Notes under the pieces: generated by a model
The model's database searches: none
Seen by the model: the letters and a program-made list of their open reading frames with translations, nothing else
What the model was told of the DNA's origin: nothing
Origin: Polymyxa betae A26-41
Taxonomy: Eukaryota; Protista; Endomyxa: Phytomyxea
Reading direction: 5' to 3'
Length of the DNA stretch: 64,000 nucleotides
Assembly: GCA_003693705.1 (NCBI GenBank)
Contig: RBZT01000415.1
Span: forward strand, 148,697-212,696
Program-made: the position numbers and the translations under genes
In this document: positions 41,010-53,556 of the stretch, piece after piece
Layout of the letters: every line of letters begins with the position of its first letter
Position numbering within the stretch: the stretch's first letter is position 1

Positions 41010-44000
41010 TCATAGCTTCCGCTTGTCCTTGAAATTGCCTCCCCAGAACCTGCTCAAAATGCTCCCTCTTTTTGGTGGAGCATGCTCAGAGGGCGTACCC
41101 CTCTGTGTCGCTGGAATCGCTTTCACATTTGGCGTCACTATCTGCACCAAATCGCTGTCTTCGTCATCTTCTTCCTCAGCAATTGCATCGCCAAAAGAGG
41201 GTTCCGGTGGTTGCCCCAAGTCGAATTGTGTGTATGACGACAGAGCCGCAGACGTCGCCGTAACACTTGATGACGAGTTATGCTCCGTTATAGGTTGCAT
41301 CTGGCGAGAGCGCGAATTACTTCTTTGAGCAGAAGTGGCATTTGCTCGCACGAATGATTCGAATAACTGCACAGATGTTATTATGGTTAAACTCTTGAAA
41401 ATTATAAATAACTCATCGAATCATAACATGAAAACAAAATATACAAAACGGAACAGAGCCAAAGAGTACGAAACGAAGAGAACGGCACAGTAAGTAAACC
41501 GAACAAGTTACCTGGATCGAGCTCTTACGATTCTTAATTGGAACATTTGGAGATTCAGCTTCTTGCATCATCTCGTCAAATGATTGCATACGACGTCGCC
41601 AGCGTTGCTCCTCTTCACGCTTTTTATCCGGCGGCAGGTTTGAGTTCGAGATGCTTCGAACCAGCATGAAATCCCATTCCTGCCGATTGTCCCGCAACGA
41701 TCGGCAGGCGACTACGCAGCCTGGTAGCAATTGTGTGAGCGACATGAACAGAGGCGCCACGACAAAATCGAGGAAGTTCAGGGCCAGTTGTAGGCGATCG
41801 GTCGTAAGTCGGTCACAATTCGGCGAGATTGACAGTCCGGCCTCGCGTTCGATATCACCCTGGTTGTAGAATTCTAACAAGATGCAATCACTCCATCGCT
41901 TGGCAGTCGGCCAAGGTTTGCATTGGTTCGATATGTCAGCAGCATGCAGCAGCATGTTAACGACGGTCTCGCGATCGGCGGGAGAAAACAGCATTTGTGT
42001 CACACTGGGTCGCGGTGATAAAGTTCGATTTGGAGTCTGCCCGACTCGCGAGAGCAGATTGGAAAATTTCTCGCTCAGAGAGAAATGACAGTTCATATCG
42101 GTCGACAGAATCGAGGAGATAATAATCTTGCGAACGGTGCGAAACTCGGTTTGAGATAGACCGGCGAGAATGTTCGTTTCGGGCTTCTTCAGGATATGGA
42201 ACGTCATGGCGCAGTGGTGCTGCTCCAGTACGGCCTGATCGTTATACAGCAGGGCCAGCCGAGTTCCGGCATTAACTTGGTAGGTGTTCCCCAGACCTGG
42301 ATGTCCAATATCATGACAGACGGCGGCGATTATTAGCGCCAGCGATTCGAGCGGCGACACCAACGACGACGCCCCGTACGTCCGTAAGAGGCAGGCGGCG
42401 GTCTGGGTCGTATCGACGGCATGAAACAAATTATGATAAGCGTTATCCAGGTACGATGTGGCCACCTGCTGAAGGAACGCATTAAGAGTGTCTCGATCCA
42501 TACGAAATGGTGTCAGCAAGTCCAGACTCTCAAACACATTGAGTAGAAGGGCGGTCAGACCGGGTTTGTCGTAGGAAAATATATCAAAGTCCCAGGTGAG
42601 AATCGGGGACGGCGCTTCCACCGGAGCAATGACCAGCGATATGCGACGGTCTTCAAACTCAGAACTTGTGTGATCTTCATCTAAAGACAAGTAGTCCAGA
42701 TCACTCTGCAAAGAGCTAACATCAGACATGGCACGAGCGTTCCGGCCGATGAGATCGGAATCGCGCCGAAGGTCTTGAAGATCGTGGCCGTTGTTTGTGT
42801 AGCAGCGCGACAGCCATATTTTCGTCGATTCGTCGATTTCGCATTCATCCATGATCTTCATGATCCAGTCAGACGAGTGCATATCGTTGTTCAGAGGTGA
42901 CGAGTTGAGACTGGCGGCGATAAGCGGTGGATCGGTGGTTTCTGTCTCCGAGGTTGGCGGTATCAGCGACAAAACCAACGATCGCAAAGTGGACAGCTCT
43001 TCAGCAACGTTGTCAGAAGCAACACGACCGATGTTGACGTCGTCGATCAGATAGCGAACCACCTCAATGGCGTTCCAGATAGGGGCCTTGGCACGATCGC
43101 TCGGCGAAGATTTGCAGAGATGCCCAGCCCAGTCCCGATAGGTTGTCTCGTCATCTAGCCGCAATGAGGTGATCACCGGGCGATCATGTATGATGGTGGG
43201 CCCATGGAGCGACAAACTTGAGTGCACGGTCATGGTCAGTTCGCGGTCTTTAGAAACGATGCGAGACGATAGCAGATGGAATGCATCAACAACATCATCT
43301 TCATACTGCGATGGAGTCACGATCAGTGCATCGGTCGTGATCACCACCCATCGACGGTGCCAAATTCCAGCTGCGAGAATCTGCGCGAATCCCGCCTTGA
43401 TGGCTCCGTTGTCGGAGGCGACCGGACGCAGGACGTTTTCGTCGGTGACGTTTTCGTCGGCAGTTTGGAACGAGGTACCCTCAAGAAGCCACTGCTGAAT
43501 GCGACGCTTCAGATCTGGCGGGGTCGGTAACGCCTCGATTTGGGCGACAGGACGCCATGGGACGCGCTGCGACGCAATTTCCGAGATCGAAGAATTGACC
43601 GATTGCGAAGGGTCCAAATCCAGGCTTTGGCCGCGTCCATTCAGTTTCAGTGACAGAAGACTTCGGCGGACGCTGCTGCCGCCGGCACTGCCGCCGTTCG
43701 ATGCCGAACTTTTCAAGCGGCGAAGGATCTGGACGCTGCTGGCGAAACTCGAGCGTAGTGTATGTCGGGGCTGCATGATCGCGATCTTGTCGCTGCTGTG
43801 CGACGCTTCTTCCGAATTTCGATGGCTGTTTGGTTCGTTGATAACAGTGGCGGCCTCAGCAGCGTGCTTTTCGCGAACGGAGAACTGTTTTTCGATGGCG
43901 TTCGTGATTTTTAACAGCCAATGGCGGGCATCATCCATGGATGTGGCGGACAGGAAGAACAGGCGAGATGTATCGCTCGGAATGCCTTTCTTCGTCCAGT

Positions 44001-47000
44001 ACTGGGCCTGGACCTGGATCGTGAAATCTCGACCGACGTTTGGCGGCGCCATACTAACGCTGGCGCCATCCAGATAGATAATGCCCAAAACCTTGTTATG
44101 ATTCGGGTGGTAATAAAGCGCCAAAGCGTTCTCATGTAATGTCACCCAGCGCTTCTTCCATTTCGATGTGCTGACCCGTATGCGCATTGCAGAGCCGTTT
44201 ACAGGTTCTGCTTTCCGAATGGTCAAGAAACCGCTTTGTTTGACGCCGCCTTTGATCTACAAAAATTCAATCAAAACTTGAGTTAGTGGGACAAAAAAAT
44301 CACAACAATTTTGCTGTTCAGCTTGTATAAACACTGCATCAGAAACATTTTAGAAACATATTAAATATCAGGAAAAAAAGGGAAGATTGATTTTACCTGA
44401 AGACCAGCAAAATGATTACTACGAGTTTTCACTTCGTTTAATCGCGTCAGAAGAAGCTGCTTCTGGCTCAGCAGCAAGCGAGATAGGGCGACGTCACGCA
44501 TAAACCCATCGACAAATTGGTAGATGTTGCCGGCGCCGTTCGAGACATCAACCGATGCGTGAGCGATCGAAAACACGTTCAAATTAACGAGATCGTTCAC
44601 GACGTCCGGCAGCTGAGCAACATGCTCGAGAATCGGGTACGTTTTTGAAAGTAGGTCCATCTGGAACTCGTTTCCGATCACGCTGGCGACTTTGAGGGCG
44701 ATCTCATGAATGTGTCCAAGACGATCAATCCGACAGCCGAGAATGTTTTGAAGACAGATTGGGACCGGAACGGCCGACAGATCGGCGAACTTATCGCTGA
44801 GGACGCAGATCTTCCCCGACTTGTCAGAGCGAATATCGATCAGTTGCGCTTTCCTCAGCGCATATAAGATCTCTTTGCAGACGAGCGGATTCCCATGCGA
44901 TCTCTGAATTAAAATAATCCCCAATGTGTTCGGGACTTTGCAAACGCCAAGCGTTTCGAGAGCGATCTGATGGATCTCGTCGTTACCCAGAGCACGCAAC
45001 AGCAGACGGTGACTAATGGCCTGATTGAGAAGTTCAGTGTAATCAACGGGAACTTCGAGGTCGAAGGCGCCCAGATTCGATTTGTTAACAGGACGAGTTC
45101 CCAGAATCAGCACGATGTTGCTGAAATCGCAGGAGACGCGAAGCGCGAAACCCCAGGAGAGTTTATCCATCAGCAAGGCATCGTCGATGATCATTATCAT
45201 TCGGCCGAACTGACGAGAGAAGGCGCCTAAAAGAGCCAGCATGATGGCGGTACAGTTCGATAATCGCTCCATTGGAGACATTGCCAACGTTTCATCTGAT
45301 TCATCGAGTTCTAGAGGCAAGACTTCGTTCAGGACGCCAGCGATCGGAATCGACGATAAATATTTCGACACGAACGCTTTGCGATTCTGAGAAGGATCGC
45401 CCAGGCCGCGGTTCGTGATTTCGGTATCAATCAGGCGTAAAAACAGTTCGCGCCAGATGCCAAGCGGAGTTTTCGATTCGAGAGGATTTGCGGCGCGAAA
45501 CAGGACAAACGCGGGCGCCTCGCGTACGACCTGGGCAAGCAGACGTGACTTCCCGTATCCAGCCTCGCCTTCGACGATGAACGTAGCTCGATTCCAGCTG
45601 CTGACAGATAGCGTGATGATTTTGATGATTTCGGCAGCACAAAGTCCAATCTCGGTCTTATCATCGGGTTTGCGTTGGAGCAAAAGCTCCAAAACAGGAC
45701 CGAGCGTACCGGCCCGGGCCAAAGCGGCCAAGGCAATATGTTCGTTCTGGAGCTGGACGTTGTTTTCCAGCAGAACTGAGAACTGATCGGCTGTGGCCGC
45801 CTGTGAAATCAGCATCTTCTTCTTGAGGCTTTCTATGAGGCGTTCCTTGACCTGGACGACAGTTTGCAATTTGACACAATCGACAGAAACATAGCCGCGG
45901 TTCTGGATGAGAAACTTGGCAGTCTTATACGGGTGATCTCCGAAATCGGAATGACGCAGGCGATATTCGGAAGGGTCGTTCCGTGGTGACTGTTGGCTCT
46001 GTTCGAAACTGGATGCATCATGTCCAGAGAGAGTTCGAGACCCATTCGACTGAATCGGTATGGTCGCAGGCGGGCCCGGATTCGCAACTCGATCCATCTT
46101 GCGGGCCCAAAGTTCAGCCTCGCCGGCTGAAGGCGAATAGATTGTCGGCGAGTGCGGCATATCCAGCAGCGGTGGCTCGTCCTCATCAGCCAGCCAGTTC
46201 CGGGCATGTTCAGCCCAGGCAAGATCGTCAACAGTTGTCGCCGGAGAATCATGCGAGAGATCTTCGATGCTGCAGGCGCGCGGCGGAAATGAATCCCAGA
46301 GGCTCGACAAAGTAGGAACTTGTGGCGGCGTCATCAGCTGCTCGTTCGGCATCGTCGCCGGCATCTTCAGCGATCGTGACAATTCCGCATGCGGGTTGTG
46401 CATCGAATGGACGAACTGGAAGGCCGACGGTGACACCGTCCCGTTGCTCGTGACCTTGTGCTGATTCCAGATCCCGTGCGGCGCCACGCTCGAAACGATC
46501 GGTTTGAAAACTTTAACAAGGTCGCGTTTGCCTTTGACGTTGATGGCCTGCAGCTCTTCGAAAGCCATTCCCTGACGGGACGAATACTGCGTCGTCTGGT
46601 CGCAGAGGACGCCGCCGCCTCGAGATTTGGCATACTGCATCAGACGAGCCGATAGATTCACGACGTCGCCGAGAACAGAGTATTCACGGCGTGACCTCGA
46701 CCCAACCACACCACAGAACGCTGTCCCGGTCGTGATGCCAATGGCGGGCGTAAACCCAAGACGAGTTAGTTGCTTCGACATGACAAGCGACGCAAGAATG
46801 GCCCGGTTCGAATCGTCTTCGTGCGCCACCGGGGGCAGCCCGAAAACAGCGACCAATGTTGAGCCTTTGTCATCGAGAAGGAACTTGTTAACCGAACCTT
46901 CGTATTGATAAATCGCAGTCTGCACTGAGAATATCACCTGTTGAACGCGATCTAATTCAGTCGACACATCATTACTGGCAATCTTGGTCAGCTGCTCCTC

Positions 47001-47912
47001 AGTGAAGCCCAGATTCGCAAATATTACAGCGACATGACGCAGCTCAGACGCCCAGCGCTCTTCAGTAGCGTTCAGAAAAGGTAAGACGGCCCCGGGGACA
47101 TAGTTCGAGATCGATTCAATCAATCGAACGTCGTTGACAGCATCGAGATTTGCAGTCTTCACGATTCCGACTTTCCTTAAGCGATCCGTGCAACGAGTAA
47201 CGAATGCATGTCCTGACGGGATAAGAGAGGCGACGAAATGGTCTTGAATGACGGACCAGGCTTCAGGCGAGCATACAACCTGTCCAGCAATGGCTTTATG
47301 CTCGCTGGCGAATGCCTGAATCAACGGCGATCCCGTTGCAAGATACTCCATTCGGGAAAGAACGCCGCCAACGTGAACGATGGAGCACTCACCGACGCCG
47401 ATGCCCAACTTGACGCTAAGAACAACGTCTTCTTGCAACTTGGCGTTGTGCATTTTCCTTTGAATTTCTAAAGCGCTTTGAACAGCGCGACGGGTGACTG
47501 TGCAGACATCATCGTCGCTTGGAGGCCAAAGAACTAATAAAGCATCGCCGGCGAATTTAAACACGTCGCCGCCCTGGCTGGCGATGACTCGAACCAATTG
47601 TTCAAAATACGAATTTAAATGTTTCGCCAATTGTTCACAACCTTCACGTCCTTTCATTGCTAGTCGTTCGGACAAGTCTGTGAAGCCAGACACATCGGCA
47701 AACAGAGCAACGGTTTCATAGCTGTGACGCCATGGCGGAGTCATAGCAGGGCTTCCGCCACTAGCATGATCACTTAGAAAGCGGATAATCGATGCCGGAA
47801 CATAGGAGCAGAGCGCATCGATAGAGATTCGAGCACCCGATTTGTGAAATTCAGCGGTTGGTAGTTCTAACGGTGGTTCTATTGCAAGTTCAAGAGCGCC
47901 GTCGTCGCTCAT
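41010..47912 (-). CDS. Bifunctional soluble adenylyl cyclase (ADCY10-like, tandem class III domains plus P-loop) - PH - PH - class I cyclic nucleotide phosphodiesterase, ~2205 aa
   Basis: Exons 47912-44397, 44256-41512 and 41366-41010 joined by phase-0 GT-AG introns. Motifs: FADVSGFT, KFAGDA, NKFLLDDKG, YSVLGDVVNLSARL, GEAGYGKS, IIDDA, WKKRWVTL, YHNLFHAVD, HDIGHPGLGN, LEQHH, HAADISN. Confidence 0.88.
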
Positions 47913-47984
47913 CTAAAAAACATTACGATAGATCACTTAAGGTACCCTTATATCATGAGACCAAATCTAAATCATTCTTATAGG

Positions 47985-48599
47985 CTAGCATAACGGGCCG
48001 ATGTATTTCGTGTGAGGAAAGCGCTCATGTAACGCCGGCCACTGAACGTAGAACTCATCGATAATGGGACGCATAAGTCGTCCAGATAAAGACAGAGAAT
48101 GAACTCGACAGAAACTTTCGATAAAGACCAATTTACAGGGCCGAAACAAAATCGCACGCAATAAGAACGCCGCCAGACATACAGGGAGACATGTTCCAGG
48201 TCCATTGCAGATAACGATTTGCGGGTTTATATTGTAGACGACTTTAAGTACGTGGAGGAAAGCATATAACGTTGTTATGATTGATTGTGAAAATGACTGG
48301 CCGACCTGACGTGCCCGAGGAATACTATGGAGCTGGGCGAAATTGAAATCTACAGCCCGGGCGACACTATGCGTGTCTGTATTGGCGATGAAGAAATGGA
48401 GCGGTTGGTAACGGTCTTGGCTGAGATGACGAAGAAGTACGAGCAGTTCTGCAGTATGACCACCAGAACCCAGAACTGCCGCTGTCGTCAGGCACGATCG
48501 CCTCGCAATGATCGGACGAAGATCGGCACCTACTAACAAGCAGTATGCGAGACGAAAGCCAAATGCTATGAGTGCAGCGAGTAAGATGTATAGCCACAT
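47985..48599 (-). CDS. ALG14: UDP-N-acetylglucosamine transferase subunit ALG14
   Basis: VLGSGGHTAELL, IPRARQVGQS, CNGPGTCLP, FIESFCRVHSLSLSG, FYVQWP; intronless. Confidence 0.95.
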   Translation of the reverse strand: MWLYILLAALIAFGFRLAYCLLVGADLRPIIARRSCLTTAAVLGSGGHTAELLVLLRHLSQDRYQPLHFFIANTDTHSVARAVDFNFAQLHSIPRARQVGQSFSQSIITTLYAFLHVLKVVYNINPQIVICNGPGTCLPVCLAAFLLRAILFRPCKLVFIESFCRVHSLSLSGRLMRPIIDEFYVQWPALHERFPHTKYIGPLC

Positions 48600-48859
48600 C
48601 GTCAATGTATTCGTGATCGAGACACAACGAACACGCAATGAACCAGAACCGCGCTTAGTCTCGTGGCTGCGCTTCCGCTATTAAGGTCAACGGCTACCTG
48701 ATCAAGAAATGCTGTGGCAGCTGTGCAATCAACGATAGAACGAATTTATGGCTCTAGAATCATCATTGAATATCAAGAAGGGAATGATGTTGGATAAGAC
48801 ATGCACCGTCGCTTACTAAAGCATTCGATTGTCGTTTATAGCATTTCACTACGGTAGTT

Positions 48860-49170
48860 TCTAAAGTAACAAACACATAGGTAGACGGTACAATTGGATG
48901 GGCAACAAGGTATGACAAAGAAGATGTAGCGAGTAGATTGAGATACCAACTCCAGAAAATGGCAAAATGATCTGAAAAGGATTAAATCAAAATCAACGCT
49001 GACAGAACACAGATATGTACGGTTTAATGAATACCGTCGAAACGACTGCATACAATATTTCACGAAGTCTATCGGATATTTGGGTGCATAGTTCACAGCC
49101 AATAAGAGAAAAAGGAATGCAACGTTCCTGATAGACATAATAAACAGACGCAGAGATGCCATTAAATGAA
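48860..49170 (+). mobile_element. Decayed non-LTR retrotransposon (LINE) reverse-transcriptase fragment
   Basis: Frame from 48878 reads *VDGTIGWAT...LQKMAK*SEKD*IKINADRTQ. TAG GTA GAC GGT is three substitutions from YADD, and the rest fits the W..N..IN..KT motif. After a +1 shift it reads YLGA*F. Confidence 0.6.
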
Positions 49171-49255
49171 AAAAACTCACAAATATTGCCTTTTTGGCAT
49201 AAAAAAAGGAGAAAGGGCCGCTCTCAATTTCATTAGGCTTACAACAGACATCATT

Positions 49256-49699
49256 ATGATCACAATTCTGCAGTGTCAAGACCCAACGTGTTTTGATGAT
49301 GATTTGCAAAAGGCTACAGAGATGGCCAAGCATCAGGGAGCTGATCTGTTCCTGATCGCCCTTGCTGAGCGCTCAACTGAGACTGGAGTGAGCTGGTGCC
49401 CTGATTGCCAAGTCGCGTATCCGAGCATCATGGCTGCCTTGATGCAGCGAGAATCACCCTCTGTATTACTGGAGCTGACTGTACAGAGATCTAGGTAAAA
49501 AGAGATTCAAAATGGTGTTTAACTCTTTCCCACTTGAACGACTTTTTGTAGTTATAAAAATAATCCATCATACCCTTACAGAAAGCACGAAAAATTGCAT
49601 CTAAAGGCCGTTCCACAATTATTTAGACTGTCAGATTGGAGAACATTAATCGAAGACGAATGCAAAGACTTTCAAAAAGTTCGTGATTTCGTGAAATAA
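49256..49699 (+). CDS. TXNDC17: Thioredoxin domain-containing protein 17 (TRP14/DUF953)
   Basis: GVSWCPDC active site; second exon YKNNPSYPYRK...LKAVPQL...LIEDEC. Confidence 0.9.
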
Positions 49700-49708
49700 A
49701 CTGTTTAA

Positions 49709-50786
49709 TTAATCGGAATGAGATCGGGGCACTTCTTTTCCTAAAATCCTATATTCGGCGTCCTCAACCACAGATCGGAATTTACAGATTTCCAGCTCAA
49801 TTTTCTCTTGTTCGAAAGGTTTCTGTGGTTCTTGCTTCAAGGGCCCAGAGACAGAAGCACCAGTTCCGCCAGACGAAGAGGGCAGGATTGCCATCTGTGG
49901 ATACATGGATTGCATCTCATTGACATCTGAGTTGAAACATTCAGGAATGTGCTAAAGAACGCGGATTATCCTACTGTATTGGTCGAGAACAAGGGAGAGG
50001 ATCCCTCGAGTTCCGAACAAATTGATGAAATACCAGCTGAGCGAACTAACATAAGAAGGATCAAGATTCAGAATAGAAACTCCTTGCTGCAACATGCTTT
50101 TGAAGCTTTCGGTTAACGGGAAAGGTAGCTTGACAAGAACGAATCCTGAAAAAAAGTAGCTGATCCAGGCCATTGACAGCATGTTTGGAACAACGTTGGC
50201 CATATTCTAAAAAGCTGTATCAATAAAAAAAGTAAAATCTATCGCAAATCTAATGAAATTTCAATAAACTTAACTCCAAATGACATGTGAAGCAATCGAA
50301 ACAATGGAGTGCAAGCAGGCACAAAAAATCGAAAAATGGAAATTCGACCTGCTTCATCATGCCAATCATCGATTGAAGCTCATCAGGACTTTGCATCGGG
50401 ATTTGAGGTGGAGCATTTGGGTCGGTCTCTTGTTGTGTAGGCGTAAGCTCCTGAATATAAGAAGACAGGGTATTAATATAGGAAAAACGTCTTGAATGGA
50501 ATGAATCTTCAGTCAGAACACAGGCATTCGAACGAAGAAGTCTCGATCGCCTTAAAAATTCCCCATGTTTCACTTCATCTTTCTTCGGCTTCCTTGGCTG
50601 ATCCTGTAGTAATATATTGACGTAATGACGCAAAATACCCTGAATGAATAAGCAATCGAGAATATTATAAAAAGAGACGAAGACTACCTGCATAATGACA
50701 ATGATGGAAATTGGAATGAGGACATAATTTCTAATCCTTGGATCCAACGACAGAATGTCAGAATCTGTTGCTCCCAGTCCAGTCAT
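49709..50786 (-). CDS. EMC3: ER membrane protein complex subunit 3
   Basis: LDPRIRNYVLIPI, GILRHY, WISYFFSGFVLVKLPFPLTESFKSMLQQG, YVSSLSWYF. Confidence 0.95.
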
Positions 50787-51184
50787 ACTGGAACCCCAAA
50801 ACTAGCGATGCAATCGCTAGTGCCTATCGCTAGTCCCAGTCCAGATTTTAGACTCGATTCGTCGGAAGGTTGCCGGTATACAGACTCAGTGGTCATAGCG
50901 CACAAACCGCCGGACGTGCAATTTCTCAACACAAAAAACAACAGATATGCAGGATTATGATGATAATCCGATTCTTTAATGGTGGCTTATGCTGTACAGT
51001 TGGCATCAGCACAAAAGCATAAATGGGAATTAGAGATAGAATTGCCCAGAAAGCCATCCTGTGATCGCATTTTCGTTATCAGAAAAATATTACTGTAGCA
51101 AAGGTGGGATCTGATTTTAGCTGGATAGGTCTAAATATAACGGAATAAACCCGATCGAGTAACAAATTCAAAGATAAAGCTCCT

Positions 51185-52774
51185 TTATAAAAGCGGATTG
51201 TATTTTGATGAGGACCTTCGGCGACATCTCGAACTCGACCACTGGACAAACGTGTTAATCAGATTTGAAACGGCATAGACACCACCAATGATGGCACAGA
51301 GGCTGGTGAGGAACGACACGAATGATGTACGACGATCGTCAACCTCAACCATGAAAGGGGAGTACCGATACTGAAAGGCAATCAGATGTGTGCATTTTTA
51401 GAAATTCAAGTAAAGAAAACCTGGAAGAAGACGCCAGGCATTGCTGTCACACGCTCCAAGCCAGAGTAGTCAAGAGTTCGGTAATAATCACGAACAGATA
51501 TCTGGTTTGTTTGCATCACTCTCCCAAAAGAGCTCACATACGTTGTGGGCGTCAACTCGATATGATATTGAAACAAACCTGATATAACTGCCTCTGAAAC
51601 GAATTATCTGAAAATTGCGAGAGCAATAATGGCACAAAACAACCTTGGCTAGCTGAAGGAATGAATCGGGTCCATTCAGAAAGTGGACTTGGACTTTGGC
51701 CTGAATATCGAGGACCGAAATTCACGTAGTGGATTGTGTGCGACGTGTTAAAAGCCGCAATATCGCCTGACAAAGGTAAATAACAGGGTTCGTGTTCATC
51801 CTTGGCATATTATACTTAAGCGAAAGTTGTGAACATGGTGACCTAAAGAAAGTTTCAGAACTAGGAGTTCAAAAGTAAAATTGCTATCTTTACCTTGAGC
51901 TTTGTGAGACCTTCCAACTGCAATGTGAAAGTTGCCTTCAACTTTGTTAACCAACAGAGATCCCCGAACAGAACATCCTTCTCTTGCAGCCCGCTGTTCA
52001 GCAATACGGTGATCGGTTCCAACCAATGCCATTAAACCGAAGCCAGGCATTTGAACATCTTATAGGCAATCAAAAGCAAATAGTTTGTACGTCAGAAGAC
52101 TAACACAGCTTAGAAGTAGCATCTTTATCGATAAATTCGCGACCGATACGATATCCCGAGCTGTCCAATCTTTGTTTCAAAACACTTTGTAAAACATTGA
52201 CCTAAAGCAGATGACGAGGAAAGCGAGTAGCCTAAGCTAATCTAACCTGTTGTTCTCCAGTGACATCCATAGAATCAATGTGTACGTCAGCGCAGCAAAT
52301 GTGAGGAAAAGTCAGATGGAATTCGATTTCAGTTGTCTGCATCCGACTTGTATCAACCTAGCACCGAATCTGAAACTGGTCTGGTGGCGAAGAATATCTC
52401 TACTTTCAGATGTTCTGATCGTGTTGGGAAAATAAAACCGACTAACTCTGATATAAACAAAATGGCAATAAATACGTAGCATATAATTGACACTAAAAGA
52501 GATCCCGTTATTGAAGTCTTAACAATTTGACAAACATCTGCTTGCCTATTCCTCCAGCTGTTGTAAACTGCTGCATATCGCCATATTGCTTGACATCAAT
52601 TTTTGAAAAAATATCAGCTGTCTGAACGCGCCTGGCCCAGGCCGGTTCATATGATGATCGTTTGAGCCGATCCGGCGAATCCTCGACGTTGCGACGGCGC
52701 ATTGTAGAGCCAGATTCCATTCTGGAGGTGGGCGACAAAATCGTCTCGCCGACGTCATAGTCTTCAGCTTTCAT
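51185..52774 (-). CDS. ER-Golgi intermediate compartment protein (ERGIC/Erv41-Erv46 family)
   Basis: DIFSKID, TTAGG, EGCSVRGSLLVNKVEGNFHIA, FNTSHTIHYVNFG, SFLTSLCAIIGGV; many short introns. Confidence 0.88.
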
Positions 52775-53556
52775 TACGACGTCTTTAATATCAAATTACT
52801 AATGAATGATGCCTATGGATGGCGGTGAGGAGAGGCCGCAACCACCTCATCACGTGTTTGCCAGATTGCAGAATACAGAATCGTTGATTGTTGGCCATTC
52901 TCCTTGCTTGAACTGGAATCCTTGTACATTAAAGTGGATACTGTCTCAAGTTTGAAGTCCAAGAGCTAAGATCAGTATGGTTAATATCGAATTCCTCTGC
53001 CAGCTTCTGACAATCTCGAATTACATCAGACGAACCGGAATTGCTATATCTTAGATGAATAAAATACAACCGCGAGATGATTGATCACTAAATAAAGACA
53101 TAGAATTCGATTGATATCGCCGACTATCTTACAGGGTTTGCGCCGTGGAATGCACAACTTTCATTTGAATGAATACCACGTTCGGTGTACAAATTTCTGG
53201 ATGTTTTGAAAGGCTTGCTGATATCCTTTGCTGTTGCTACAAGCAGCGATGTCGAGTTTCCAACAGCTGCCCGCTCTCCGATGAGAGGCATATTAAACGG
53301 CAGTGTGATACACGTTTTGGAAACTATTGAGAATCACCAAACCAATTTTAAGATTAACCTCCATTCAAGCACATTTATGCATTAGGTATTCAACCTGACC
53401 GATTCTTGGCGTTCTTCCCCAGAACCGAAAGCATTAAACAAGCAGACTTCTGGTTGGCTTTCTGTGACAACAGGCGTTGTTTTGAACATTGTTCATCGTC
53501 GAGCCAGTGGAGCCCTCAAGAACAGGGGTTCGGCAAATGATAGGGCATGACTGCTG

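Noticed and set aside
48836-49333. 165-aa hydrophobic ORF on the minus strand
   Set aside because: It is the antisense of the purine-rich LINE remnant and the TXNDC17 start.
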